Shown here piece after piece: positions 12,881-26,683 of a stretch of 64,000 nt of DNA. The notes under the pieces are model-generated. The model searched no databases. It had not been told where the DNA came from and saw only the letters and a program-made list of their open reading frames with translations. The position numbers and the translations under genes are program-made. Source of the DNA: Cetorhinus maximus (lineage: Eukaryota); assembly GCF_964194155.1 (NCBI RefSeq), contig NC_135909.1:11594001-11658000 (forward strand). Reading direction: 5' to 3'. Each line of letters opens with the position of its first letter. Within the stretch, counting starts at the first letter, position 1.

Positions 12881-14199
12881 ACAGTTAATGACCTTATGTC
12901 AGAAATGCTTGGGCCCTACTGTTCTCAAAAGTGCTCGCGGTTAAACCCATCACCTTCTCTCTCTACTCTCCAGTTCTAAATCAGCCAACAAGAACATACC
13001 TTCAAAGTAAGCGAGGAACGGCTTCCACGTGCAACATCCATTCTGATTCAAAAGCATTCTTCATTTGTCAGTTTGTGTTTCTGACCTTGGTTTTGTGAGC
13101 AACACCTGCAATAATTCACTGAAAACATCATGTGGATAGTGGCAACCTGAAATAAAGAGAGAAAATGCTAGAAATACACAGCACATCAGACAGCATCTGT
13201 GGAGAAAGAAAAGGAGTTCATATTTCGGGTCACTGACAATCAACCTGCAATAAAACACTTACTAACATCTGCCCATGGTGACTGTAGTTCCCACAATTCC
13301 CTGCATCCCAGAAACGGCTCTATCAAATGCACTGACTTCCCCGGCATTGAGAGTGCGCATGCTCCCCAGGGCCGGCCCCGGGTCATTCTGAGGTCGAACT
13401 TATCGCCCCATTTCACCAATATGCTTCTGTCCTTTTGAAGTTTAACACTATCCTCCTCACAGTTCACAATACCTCCAAGTTTCATGTCATCCGCAAATTT
13501 TGAAATGGTGCCCCATACACCAAGGAGTAGGTCAACAATATATATCAGGAAGAGCAGGGGACCCAGCGGCTCTAATTCGGGCTCTGAGAGCCGCTGAGAC
13601 TCGGTGTTGGTGACGCTCCGCTCAACCACGCTCGAGCTGAACGGCTCATGCTCGGCGTAGACAGGATTTCCGGTGACAGACATGTTTGCGCCTGCGCACT
13701 GCGGTCCTTCTGGGAGAGATAGGCCGTTTAATATCTCCCAGAGCATTCTGGGAAGCGTTATCGGCCATTTCATTATAAACTCTAACGCGGGAGGAAGCTT
13801 TTGTGTTAATAGTTTCTGTGCAAGCTCTTTTAAAGAAAATCAGCCCCACTCCCATTCTCCTTTACAATAGCCTTAAAACATTGTCCCTCCTGTGTTTACT
13901 CTTGAAAGTTTATTTTTAATCGGCATGCACCACCATTTTCGGCAGAGCATTCAAGACCACAACAACTCGCTGCCTGACAAAGAAATGACAAGGGATGATC
14001 CATTCAATGTGGAAGATGTTGGGGAGGAGGGTGAGGACAAAGGAAGCCTAAAAGCGTTCTGGGAGAGAGCAAATTGGTGAGAGCAGAGCTCGCGAAATGG
14101 AACAGAAATGCTTGAGGGCCCTGTCAATCACAGATAGGAGAGATAACCAGTTGAGAAAAAAGGAAGGTAAATTAGCAGTGTTGGTATGGAATATTACCT

Positions 14200-14740
14200 G
14201 TCCTTACCAAAACACTCATTCCAGCTGAAACAGTGATTTATGTGTACTTTCTTCAATTTGGCACCCCGTATTCACTGTTCACAATGGTGGTCTGATCGAT
14301 GTTAGACAGTTTCAGTGATTGCTTTGATGAACATCTGCTCGGTCAGCAAATACGACACTGAGTTTACGATCTCCTGTGATTTTAATTTTACATCTTGTTC
14401 TTACACTGACGTTTCTGTCCTTGGTATCCTGCAGTGTTCTAATGAATCTCAGTGTAAACTTGAGGAACCATGTCTCATCTTTAAATTGAGCACGTTAAAA
14501 CCTTCCAGTCTCAACATTGAGTCCAACAAGTTGAGAATGTAAACTCAATCCCCATTATGTATCTTTTCCATTGGATATTCACATTTTTATCTTGTTTATG
14601 CTTTTGGATGGCAGCTGTTCATCATCCCATCATTCACACCTCCTTTAGACACATCTTTGGTTTTGTTACTTGAACATGTACCTTAACCTTGCACCATCAA
14701 CTCTTTTGTCTTTTAACCTCTCCTGCCATCTACCCAGATT
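14200..14740 (+). mobile_element. Penelope-like element 3' remnant (GIY-YIG C-terminus and UTR)
   Basis: DVSVLGILQCSNESQCKLEEPCLIFKLSTLKPSSLNIE resembles the PLE endonuclease C-terminus; homologous to 60340-60830 on the minus strand. Confidence 0.7.
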
Positions 14741-15544
14741 TGGAAACCACAAGAGAAAAAAATTATATTAGATTTATTAATAACTAACGAGAGAGAGTTA
14801 ATATTCTGAAAGTAAATGAGCATCTGGCAACGAGTGACCACAATATGTTAGAGGCAGGGAATGGTCACAGAAATGTAACAATTTTCACCTTAAGTAAGGT
14901 CGGTAAGGGCAGAATGAGCAGGAAGTTGAACAGATTAAAATGTGAACAGCTACTAAACGGCTAAAGGAAACAATCAGAGGCACTCAAAGGTGATTTCAGT
15001 ATAATAGGTGTCTGACGCAAGGCCCAAGGAAGGAAACTTCATGGTGAATTTGGAACTGAATTCCACGTTTTAAACCAGTAATTAAGCAGGAACTGTGATA
15101 TCTGCCCTAATATTGATTAACTGCCTTTGACATGATGCTGTCTTCACTATGATGATTCTCTCGTCCTCGATGGTACATGTCGCAGTGAAGGAAGCTGTTG
15201 TCCAAATTAAAATGATGAATTACTGCAGGGTGTCATTTAGATCGGACATACTGCACCTAATAAATATCAACTTCACGATATTTTTCCATCTTAGAAATTT
15301 CTTATTCAGGTAATGATGGAGTGATAGTGAACGAGAGAAGAATATTCAGACTGTGCCAGCTCGTTGCGAGAAATGGGCTGGTCTCGGCTGGTGTGTGTTT
15401 GCAGCAATTGCAGCTCGTGTCCTCGTGTAAATAAAAACAATTTGGGATATTTGTTGCAAACTGAAGTGTTTACAGGAAGCGAGATTCCAATGTTAAGACC
15501 TGCAAACTGTAAAGAAAAATTAGATAAATTTGTGGGAGTATAAA

Positions 15545-15616
15545 TAGCAGAGGATGGTTTCGATCCATCGACCTCTGGGTTATGGGCCCAGCACGCTTCC
15601 GCTGTGCCACTCTGCT
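15545..15616 (-). tRNA. tRNA-iMet-CAT: Initiator tRNA-Met (CAT)
   Basis: Reverse complement AGCAGAGTGGCACAGCGGAAGCGTGCTGGGCCCATAACCCAGAGGTCGATGGATCGAAACCATCCTCTGCTA. A1-U72 pair and ATCG T-loop match the vertebrate initiator; one G12>A change. Confidence 0.95.
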
Positions 15617-15909
15617 ACACATTGTCAGCTGTGGATGAATGTTACTTTGTGTATTAGGGAGATAAATAGTCACTTGCTTTGTGCTTTTGAGCGATGTGTT
15701 GGGAGGATCACCTTGGCTGCACAATTCCACTTTGCAACACCAGAAAAAGACAAAAAAAACACAGAAAAAAAGGCAGCAAGAGGCTGCCAGGATACACAAG
15801 ATGACAGAGAACGATGCCGAGCAAATTAGCAAGACACTGAGGTGGAGAAACTGATCATTTGTCCAAACCATTCCGTTTGTCAGAGATGTCCCCGGTTTGT
15901 AATAATGAG

Positions 15910-16700
15910 TCCTGCTGTGTAACTGTGCACCCTGTTGTGTCTCTGTGCACCCTGTTGTGTAACGGTGATCTCTGTTGTGGACCTGTGCCCTTTTTTTGTA
16001 ACTGTGCATTCTGTTTTGTGTATGTGCACCCTGTTGTATAACTGTGCTCTCTGTTGAATAACTTTGCTCTTTGTTGGCGAGACTGTGTTCTCTGTTGTGC
16101 AACTGTGCTCTCTGCTGTGTTACTGTGCCCTCTGCTGTGTAAGTCTGCCCTCTGTTGTGCAACTGTGCTCTCTTGTGTAACTGTGCTCTCTGTTCTGTAA
16201 CTCCGACCTCAATTGTGAAACTGTGCCCACTGTTGTTTATCTGTGCTCTCTGTTGTGTAATTGTGATATCTGTTGTGTAACTGTGCTGTCTGCTGTGTTA
16301 CTGTGCCCTCTGTTGTTTAACTGTGCCCTCTGTTGTGGAGCTGTGCTCTCTGTTATGTAACTCCGCCCTCTACTGTGTAACTGTGTCCTCTGTTTTTTAA
16401 CTGTGTTCTCCGTTGTGTGACTGTGCCCCTGTTGCGTAAAGTGTGCTCCCTGTTGTGTAACTGTGCACTCTGCTGTTGAGAGATCTTCACTGTTGTGTAA
16501 CGTGCCTCCCTGTCGTGCAGACGTGTTGCCAGCTGTGTAAACATGTTCTCTGTTGTCTCAAGATGCTCCTATACTGTAAATATGTTCTCTGTTGCTCAGT
16601 GAAGATGTTTTCTGTTGGGAAAATATTTTCTTCCTGGGTCCTCGATGTTCCCTGTTATATTAACGTGTTCCATGTCGTGTTCAGATGTTCCCTCTTCTTG
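15910..16700. repeat. 20-bp minisatellite
   Basis: More than 30 tandem TGTTGTGTAACTGTGCTCTC-like units, decaying rightwards. Confidence 0.93.
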
Positions 16701-17695
16701 TGTTAAAATCTGGTTAAGCCACAACTGGAAAAAAGTCATCAATTCTTGACTGTATCTGTTACCTTCTAGGAGTGAATGTGATTGTGCGATACATCCTGAG
16801 AACTCTGTTAGTAGACGTGAGCAAGATTTGTTCTGTATATGTCCATCACAGATAGTGTTTGTGAGTGTAGGATTCATTCTGCATCTCTGTCTCTGGAACA
16901 GTTTGTGAGAGTAGGATTTCTTCTTATGGGTCAATGCCTGGTACTATATGTGAGGGTGAGATTAATTCTGTTTCAGGCAGTGTTACTGAATGTCAATGTT
17001 GGAATCATTCTGTGTCTATCGGACCCCATTACTGCCAGGGGAAGTGGGGTTAATTCTGTATCTGAATGTCTCCATTATTCTTATTATTATTCAGACCTTC
17101 GGGATAGAGGATGATTTGCTTCCACTCTCTCTCTCTCTCTTCCACTCTGAACAGAGTCAGTGTCTGATTCCACGACTGTCCTGCAGCACCCGGCTACTGC
17201 AGACCAAGGATTTGGATTATTTTACAACAATTTCCTGCCATCCATAAACAATCCACTGCTCCATGAATGGGACTGAGTGACAGAGCAGGGAGTTCTGCAC
17301 AGGTCAAATTACTACTTCCCACTCTCAGGATCTACTTATATTTTTATTTGTTCACGGGATGTAGGAGTCGCTGACAAGGCCAGAATCTGTTGCCTATCCC
17401 GAATTGCCCTTCAGACCAGACCCTGCTTGTGTCGCTGCTTTTAATTTTCTGTTTTTTTGCAATGACTATTAATTGAAACAAATGCGTTGGTCTATTTTGT
17501 ATTTGCTACCTCCTCTCTCTTTGGATTATTATAAATACCTTTTTCTTCCGACAGGCAAATATTTGAAAGCAGCAGAATCAAAGTAGTGATTCCGTGACAA
17601 AAGGAGAAGTGCAGCCAGCTCCTTCTCACACAGTAAGTACAGTATCACTCACAGAGAGCAGAGACATCAGTTCCACAAGCACCAACAGCACAGTA

Positions 17696-17902
17696 AGATA
17701 AGAGCAAAATAGTGCAGATGCTGGAAATCTGAAAGAAAAATAGAAAATGCTGAAAAAACTCAGCAGGTCTAACCGCATCTATGGAGAGAAAGACAGAGTT
17801 AACGTTTAAGAGCCATATAGACATGAAACGTAAACTCTGTCTTTCTCTCCACAGATGCTGTTAGACCTCCTGAGTTTTTCCAGCATTTTCTGTTTTTGTT
17901 TG
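17696..17902. mobile_element. Fold-back copy of the Penelope-type short terminal repeat
   Basis: AGAAAATGCTGAAAAAACTCAGCAGGTCTAAC…AGAGAAAGACAGAGTT followed by its reverse complement. Confidence 0.8.
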
Positions 17903-18074
17903 CACTAAGTTATTCCGGCAGTGAGCCCAAGTCTCAGGAATGTCTATTCGTTCAAACGGAGGAGGAGAGTGCGTGAGCCAGATGGGTTTTTATCAATGTG
18001 ACTTTCAAGATTTTTTAAAATTATATGTCACCGGCAGCGGTGGTGGGATTTGATCCGGCGCCTCCATAACATTA

Positions 18075-18455
18075 TCTTAAGGGGGTCCTGATGTGTCTTG
18101 TCACGGCAAATGTGGACAGGATGTTTCCTCTTGGAGGAGAATCTAGAACTCACGGTCACAGTTTAAAAATAACGGCTCGTCCATTTAAGACAGAGATGAG
18201 GAGACTTTTTATTCTTGCTGAGGTTCTTGAGTCTTTGGAACTCTCTTCCTCAAAAGAGGGTGGAAGCGGAGTCTCTGAATACTTTTAAAGCAGGGGTAGA
18301 CTCTTGAAAGCAAATGGGTGAGAGGTTACCGAGGGGAGGCAGGAACGTGGAGTTGAGGTTACAATCAGATCAACCATGACCTTACTGAATGGTGGAGCAA
18401 ATTCGATGGGCCGAGTGGCCTATTCCTGCTCTTTATTCCTTCTGTTCTTATGTTC
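18075..18455 (+). mobile_element. CR1 3' fragment inserted in a minus-strand SINE (17970-18074, 18456-18497)
   Basis: VDRMFPLGGESRTHGHSLK and a CR1 tail; CATTA repeated at both junctions. Confidence 0.7.
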
Positions 18456-19319
18456 ATTAACCTGGAACTCTAGATTCCTGCTACGACGCCATCTCCACTA
18501 ATAAAACTGTCACCGAAACCAAACAGCCACTGTTTAAAACGTGCCTGTTTTCACACCTTGTGCCTACAATAGCTGCTCTTTGTCTGACTCCCCACATCCT
18601 GACTGTCCGGCTCTGTTCCCACTCTTCACTGTCCAATATCAACAAACCAGGGGAGTGTGAACTCAACCAGGAATATTCACTGTTGCTTTGCGGAGAGAAA
18701 GCAGCAGTGATTTTCAATAACAGCTTCTTGCCATTCTGTCTCCCTCCTCCCAGGAGGCTGCTGTTTGTTCCATTCCCCCAGGACCGGAGTCATTCCATTG
18801 GTGGCTCATCCTGTCCCAGATAAAGCTGGGGGAGAGCCGCGTGCATGCGCTCTTCTGCTCCCACCCATTGAGCTCTGGTGGGTCGGAATGACGCATGCGC
18901 AGAATTCTATAACATTCCATGAAACCATTTTGCAGTGAAACGTTTTCCAATTCACTTTTATCCGAGATCAGCAAATGATCTGGAGCTCATGGGAAAGGGG
19001 ACGGTGAAAACTGGGACTCGCCCCATTAAGAGACACAACCTGGGATTTTTCTGTTCAGCTTGTTTGATGTTCAGGGACCTGTCTTCACAAAGCAATCCTA
19101 CAGAAACACTGGAGGAACCCGGGAGTCGGGGTGTTTGCTGGGACCGGGCAGGAGTTAATATCAGACAGGAACTCTCCAGATTAATTCAATCTGAGTGAAA
19201 CACTCACTCACTGAGAGTGAAACCTAACAGCCCTGAGCTGCAGGGTGTACAACAGGGAACTGAGGTTTAAACATGGGCCACTGTTTCTCACTCACTGAGA
19301 CTGTCAAAGAGACATACAG

Positions 19320-20050
19320 TCATAGAGTCATGGAGACATTGCTGCTCAGAAGGAAGCCATTCGGCCCATCCAGTCCATACTGCCTGCCTGTAGAATAATC
19401 CAGTCAGTCCCATTCTCCTGCTCTATGCCTGCAACTTTTTTTCCCACAGGCGCCCACCCAATTTCCATTTGAAATCATTCACCATCTCCGTTTCCACGAT
19501 GCCCATCGGGATCAAGATCCAGGTGATAACCCAGAAAGTAACAATGTTCTTCCAGACTTCCCCCCTGCACATCTTGTCTTAAATTTTAAATCCGTGTCTC
19601 CTAATCCTTCTACTCTCAGCTAATGGGAACTGCCTTCCTTTGTCTACCTGATCTAAACAATCTTGTACACCTCTCTCAGACCTCCCCTCAATCTCGGCTG
19701 CTTCAAGGAGAGCAGCTCTGGATTCCGCAAACAAACTTTGCAGCTATAACCCCTCATGCCTGGAACTATTCTAGTAAATCTCCTTTGCACCGTCTCAACG
19801 ACTCTCACATTCTTCCAAAAGTGTGGTGACCAGAAATGGACACAATATTCTAGTTGCTGCCTAACCAGAGCTTTATAGATGTTAAACATAACGTTCCAGC
19901 TTGTATGCTCAGTACCTCTGTTGATTAAACCAATGATCCCATCTGCTTTCCAAACTACTCCCTCAAAATCTCGTGTCACCTACAAAGATCTAAAGGTCCC
20001 TCTGACCTTTGCACAATTTTTAGAACTGGACCTTATAGTTTATACTGCCT
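19320..20050 (-). mobile_element. CR1 3' fragment
   Basis: ORF 19653-19979: YKALVRQQLEYCVHFWSPH…VQRRFTRIVPG. Confidence 0.85.
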
Positions 20051-21159
20051 CTCTTCTGTTAAAATACAGCATTTTTCCTGAGTGTGGGATTAATAATATG
20101 TCTCTGTTACAATATCATTGCAATCTGAGACTGCAGCTTCTGCCTTTCCACGAGAATCTTTCTGTGTAAAACCAGAGCTTACAAGGATTTCTGCAACTGA
20201 TGCATTGTCTGTGTCTCACCGCCCTCACTCACTCTGTCTCTATCAATCCCTCCACCCCCTCTCTTTTGAACTCCACATGAAGGCGGGATAGTGTTGTTTA
20301 GTGGCTGAGTGCACACAATCTGTGTCTTCAAATGATCAAAAAATAAATCTGCTTCTGAACAAGACCATAATTTAAACCAGTTACGGGTTAACCCAGGCAC
20401 AGCTGTGATTGGCTGCAGCCTCCTGAATCTGGGGAACAGACACTGTGAGCAGCTCCGGTCTCAGAGGGTTGAACAGTTACTGAGCTGGGAAACTACAACT
20501 AATCCCCGTGAATCCACAGCACAGGCCGAGAGGAGAGGAAAGCCAGTTCTGGGAGCTGTAAATCTGAGCCACAGTTTGTCCTGTCAATGTGCAGATGTGA
20601 ACATTGTATCTGCGAGAGTGTGTTAAAGGGGCGGGCGGGTTAGACTAATGTCTCTGTGTTTGTGTGTTCGGCCTCAGCGACAAATTTCCGAGTCCTTCTT
20701 GTGTAAAATCACAAGATTTCCCTGTAATTGGATCGCGATGCTCCCCTGCTCAGCCCTGAAGAGAGAATTTAAGGCAAAGTTTTCGTTAATTTCAAGATTT
20801 CAGTGGAAACACAGCGAAGAAGTCAGCGCTCGGCTGAGAGGGCGCGATCAAAGCAGCAAAGAAACGGGTTTAAATCGAAATTTCTGCCTTTAATTCGGAT
20901 GGAACTTTCTCGACAACAAAGATTCGGATTTTGTTAACAGAAGGAAGCGAGTGTGGGAATCTGAAATGTCCAATTTGAAGTGGAATTGGGGAGTTTATGA
21001 GGAGAGAGAAACACAGAGAGGCTGGAGGAGCCGGGAGCTGACAGCAGGTTGTCTCTGCCCCGTCCGCTCTCTGTCTTTAAGTTGCTCTGAGCCGCCACCA
21101 CTGGTTTCATTTCTGATCCAGTTCTGACTGTCAGACAGATTTTCCACACAGTCTCGGAT

Positions 21160-21831
21160 ATGACTGATACTGCAGCCGCCGAAACGGCTCCTCCAGCCGC
21201 TGCCGCTCAAGTCAAATCTCCCAAGAAGAAGAAGGCGGCTTCCCGATCGAAGGCAGCCGGTCCCAAGTTAGGCGAACAGATCCTCAAGATTGTGGCGGGT
21301 TGCAGCGATCGCAAGGGGATGTCCCTGGCCGCGATAAAGAAAGCTTTGTCTGGCAGCGGTGTCGATGTGGGGAAGCTCGGCTCCCAGATCAGGCTCAGTA
21401 TCAGGAGGAAGGTGGAGAGCGGCTCCCTGGTGCAGGTAAAGGGACAGGGCGCCTCCGGCTCCTTCAAAATCCCTAAGAAGGAATCCCAGGGGAAAGTGGG
21501 AAAGAAGGAGAAGAAACCAACAGCCAAGAAATCTTTAGTGAAGAAACCAGCGGCCAAGAAGGTGAAAACAAAAAAACCAGCAGCTAAGAAATCTCCAGCC
21601 AAGAAAGTAACAGCCAAGAAATCCCCAGCGAAGAAAGCAACAGTCAAGAAAACAAGCAGCAAGAAGGCGGCAACTCCAAAAAAGGCGGTGAAGAAAGCAG
21701 CGCTGAAGAAAAAATCTCCCGTCAAGAAGGTGACGGGCGGAAAGGTTTTTAAAAAAGTGGATAAATCGTCGAAGGCCAAGCCCAAAGTGAAAGCAGCAAA
21801 GGCTAAGAAAGCAGCGCCAGGAAAGAAATGA
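21160..21831 (+). CDS. H1: Linker histone H1 (223 aa), replication-dependent
   Basis: Globular domain (…GMSLAAIKKAL…GSLVQVKGQGASGSFK) and a Lys/Ala/Pro-rich tail with S/TPxK motifs. Stem-loop at 21868-21883; H1-box AAACACA at 21009-21015. Confidence 0.97.
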   Translation: MTDTAAAETAPPAAAAQVKSPKKKKAASRSKAAGPKLGEQILKIVAGCSDRKGMSLAAIKKALSGSGVDVGKLGSQIRLSIRRKVESGSLVQVKGQGASGSFKIPKKESQGKVGKKEKKPTAKKSLVKKPAAKKVKTKKPAAKKSPAKKVTAKKSPAKKATVKKTSSKKAATPKKAVKKAALKKKSPVKKVTGGKVFKKVDKSSKAKPKVKAAKAKKAAPGKK

Positions 21832-21867
21832 AACCAGCCGAGCAAATTGTAAACCTCTGAACACAAA

Positions 21868-21883
21868 GGCTCTTCTCAGAGCC
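21868..21883 (+). other. Histone 3' stem-loop (H1)
   Basis: GGCTCT-TCTC-AGAGCC, followed by a purine-rich HDE-like AAAGAGCTG at ~21900. Confidence 0.95.
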
Positions 21884-22653
21884 GCCCACGTCTCTCAGGA
21901 AAGAGCTGATCCCCGAATCAAATGTCCCTGTCCCGGCGCTGGGAGCAGGTTTCACACTGAAGTGATTTATATTCAATTGAAAATTCCCGGTATCTCACTG
22001 ACATGCACTATACCCAGCCCCTCCCCCAATCTGCAATAAAACAGCGGGGTCCGTGCACCATTGTAACTGGGGATTTGTTCAGCTGCTCTGTCAGTTTCTG
22101 CACGTTCCCTTTTCACAGATTCAAGGTGAGAGTGTGTAAGACAGTTACCCGGGCGGAGTAACCCCGCGTTACAACTCAAAGCCCAACACATGAGTTTGTC
22201 TAATTCAGCTTGAGTGAGGTGTCGGTAAACTGCTCAACCCTCCTGGAGGGGAGGTGTGTGGGGATAGAACAGAAGCTGGGAGTGAAGTGGAAACAGGCGG
22301 ATTTGACGGGGTATAGTGTATGTACTTGGGCTGGAATATTACAGAATTTTATTTGTAAAGGTCTGCAATTAAAAGCTGCGGGTTTCTAGAACAGTTGAAC
22401 ATGAAGCTCCAATCGATAAGTTTTGTGCCGAGCGCTGTGTTAACTTCCATTGTCGACAATTAAATAAAATGTCGTTTCGACAGGCAGGGGGTGGAGCTGG
22501 ATTATCATAGACATTCCTCTGTTCTGTCTGTCATTTAGTCTCCTCCCCGTCCCGCCTCTCACTCTATGCTCCTTTCTCAGTCAGGTCGGGGCGGGCTGTA
22601 TAAAGGAGGAACCGAAACAGCTCATCTCTCATATTCAGCAGCGATCTGAGTGA

Positions 22654-22974
<321 letters not shown>

Positions 22975-23009
22975 ACAACTCGACTCTCTCTACCAAACAC
23001 AACAACAAA

Positions 23010-23025
23010 GGCTCTTTTAAGAGCC
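23010..23025 (+). other. Histone 3' stem-loop (H4 left)
   Basis: GGCTCT-TTTA-AGAGCC-ACCCA; HDE-like AGAGAGCAG downstream. Confidence 0.95.
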
Positions 23026-23824
23026 ACCCACCGCCTCACAGAGAGAGCAGAAACCTGGGAACGGGAGCTGGGATGCGCTTTGATCTGGAATGTTAGTGCC
23101 TGATTTGTTCTGGACGGGAATGTACTGAGAATCTTTTTAATGGTTTATTTACCCGGATGGCCCATTCTGCACTGACACTGAAAGGCCTCTCCACTGCCTC
23201 ATATTTTCGATAGGTTCTGTTTTAAATGAATAATTAGTCAGGTAGTAATGACAGGATCTGGCGGTTCCTCTGACACCAGCCGTTCAATCCGTCAGTGGAT
23301 TTGAGGTTACAATCATATCAGGATCAGGCGAGGCAGGCTTGATGGGCTGAGTGGCCTCCTGCTCCTAATCCAAATATTCGCACGTATGTTCGTGTAGACT
23401 TAGACTGGGAATAACGGAAATTCGAGCCGCTCTTTATCGGCATGAACAGCCCAGAATGAGGGCAATGGGAAGGGGTCTGATGCCCCCAGCACCGTTTCTA
23501 TTTTATTTCCCATTCCATTCCTCGAAGTGAGCGGCGATTTCGAGGGTTAGTTGTGCTGTAGGGAGCAATGGACAGTCCTTCAATTTTTGCCTCGGAAATT
23601 CAGCACTGTCTTTACACAGTTCAAACAACAGACTGGTGTTTCTGTCTAAAAATGAGCAGATTCACCAGGATGATACCTGGTTTAAAAATTGCCGGGACAG
23701 ATCACATGAACTGGAATTTCATTGGGGTTAGGAAATAGCGAGTGAGAGTGAAAAATTGTATTTTAATTTACAAAAAAGGGAAGAACGAAGCATATTCTCG
23801 AGACGGGAATCGGCTGCAAACAAT

Positions 23825-24458
<634 letters not shown>

Positions 24459-24487
24459 AACCCGGCTTCAGCACCAAGTACAACAAA

Positions 24488-24503
24488 GGCTCTTTTAAGA
24501 GCC
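24488..24503 (+). other. Histone 3' stem-loop (H3 left)
   Basis: GGCTCT-TTTA-AGAGCC; HDE AAAGAGCTG downstream. Confidence 0.95.
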
Positions 24504-25438
24504 ACTAAATCGACAAATGAAAGAGCTGCGATCTCCTGTTAAACACTCCAGCACTTAAACAACTCGAAGATAAAATTTATTCTCCCTTGCACCGGTTTAT
24601 TTGTCTTGTCGACATAGCGGTTGTAGAATTGAGAGAATACAGATGATGCAGTTATCAATTGCAGCTCAGGTTATGTCTGCGAATATTTTAGGCCAAGGAT
24701 TTTTTTCCAACGAATTGCGGCACAGGGTGAGGTACGGTTTGTAAGTCAATACTCATTGTTATTATAAGGTTACACTATGAACATGAAGCGATTGTCCGAG
24801 AGTAACCCTCCAGTGCGCAGATATTTTTGATGGTTGTTTTTAGTCAGTTATACAGCAAATAAACAGGCCGCTCGTGTCCGTGCCGGACTGACTATCCTTG
24901 ATTAATCCTTGCCTCTCCAAGTGGAAATTAATTGTGTCCCTCAGAATCTTTTTCATAAGTTTCCCTACCACTGATGTTAAGAGTGACTGGCCTATAGTTC
25001 TTTGGTTTATCCCTAGCCCCCTTTTTGAATAATGGAAACCATTAGCTGTCCTCCAGTCCTTTCACCTCTCCTGTGGTCAAAGATTTGAAAATTAATAACA
25101 GGGTGCCTGCAATCTCCTCCCTTGCCTTCCACAGCAGCCTGGGAAAATCTCATCTGCCCGTATAGGAAGGATGTTGTTGCACTAGAGAGGTCATAGCGTT
25201 ATACAGCACAGAAACAGGCCCATCGTAACCGTGCCGATCATCAAGCACCTATCTATTCTAATTCTATTCTCCAGCACTTAGCCCGTAGTACTTTTAGTTA
25301 TGTCGTTTCGAGGGCTCAACTAAATACTTCTCAAACGTTGTGCGAGTTCTTCCTTCGCCATTATTGGTCCAGAATCACTTACAAATTTGGTCCGGCCGCG
25401 GACAGACAATAGTTCACCCTTTCACAGACTCTGTGAGT

Positions 25439-25454
25439 GGCTCTGAAAAGAGCC
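25439..25454 (-). other. Histone 3' stem-loop (H2A left)
   Basis: Reverse complement GGCTCT-TTTC-AGAGCC. Confidence 0.95.
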
Positions 25455-25484
25455 TTTGGGTTATTAGATTAAAGAATGGCCGCT

Positions 25485-25958
<474 letters not shown>

Positions 25959-26683
25959 TCATTGGTCTCTGTTCAATCCACTTATTTGCCTATATTCTTC
26001 ACCAATCAGATAAATGGAAGCAGAAAAGGGCGGGATTTGCAAATAACCGTCAGAACCAGAAAAATGTCCATTTTAAAAAGCCCGCCAATTTCACTGCGGG
26101 AAAGAAGCGGATTAAAGTAAATGTCGTCTTTGGTCTGAGATTTCAAATCCCTTCTCTTTATTTGGTTTTATTCAGCTCGTGTCATCACCAATCGCAGGCG
26201 CGGGTTTTATCATTTTGTTTAAATGTGGTTCATTCTCCTGTCGCTTTCTAACTGTCCCGGGAGGGAATCAATCCCGGGTCACCGCTTTCCCAGGAGTGAA
26301 ACATTCCGTTCAGACTTCACTCTGAACCGAACACCCTTCGCTGTAAAGAGGGAGCTGATCGAGTCCTCAGACTGTTCTTATTCCGCTCTGTAATAATCCC
26401 ACTCCGGCTGTTACCCTGCGGAAAATTAATAAAATGACTCAGTAACTGTTTCAGGAATTGGGGGAAGGGACAATTAAAGTTGAAAACAGCAGCTAATGAG
26501 GCCACTTAAAGGCTGTGATAACAGAATAACCGCTTTCAGCACAAAGCGAAGGCCGATGAGCTAATTAAAGGGTTAGTGTCTGGGTTACAGGACAGGAGAC
26601 ACTAACAGCAGTGGAAGTTATTTTATATTATAATAATCCAGTAGGAAGATGTCGGGTGCAGCTCCTTAGTAGAGATTGTGAGT

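Noticed and set aside
15470-16162. 230-aa ORF
   Set aside because: Translation through the 20-bp minisatellite and the iMet tRNA gene.
21207-21866. Long antisense ORFs over H1 and the other histone genes (e.g. 24021-24389, 26712-27053, 33842-34306)
   Set aside because: Shadows of histone codon bias, with no independent gene signals.
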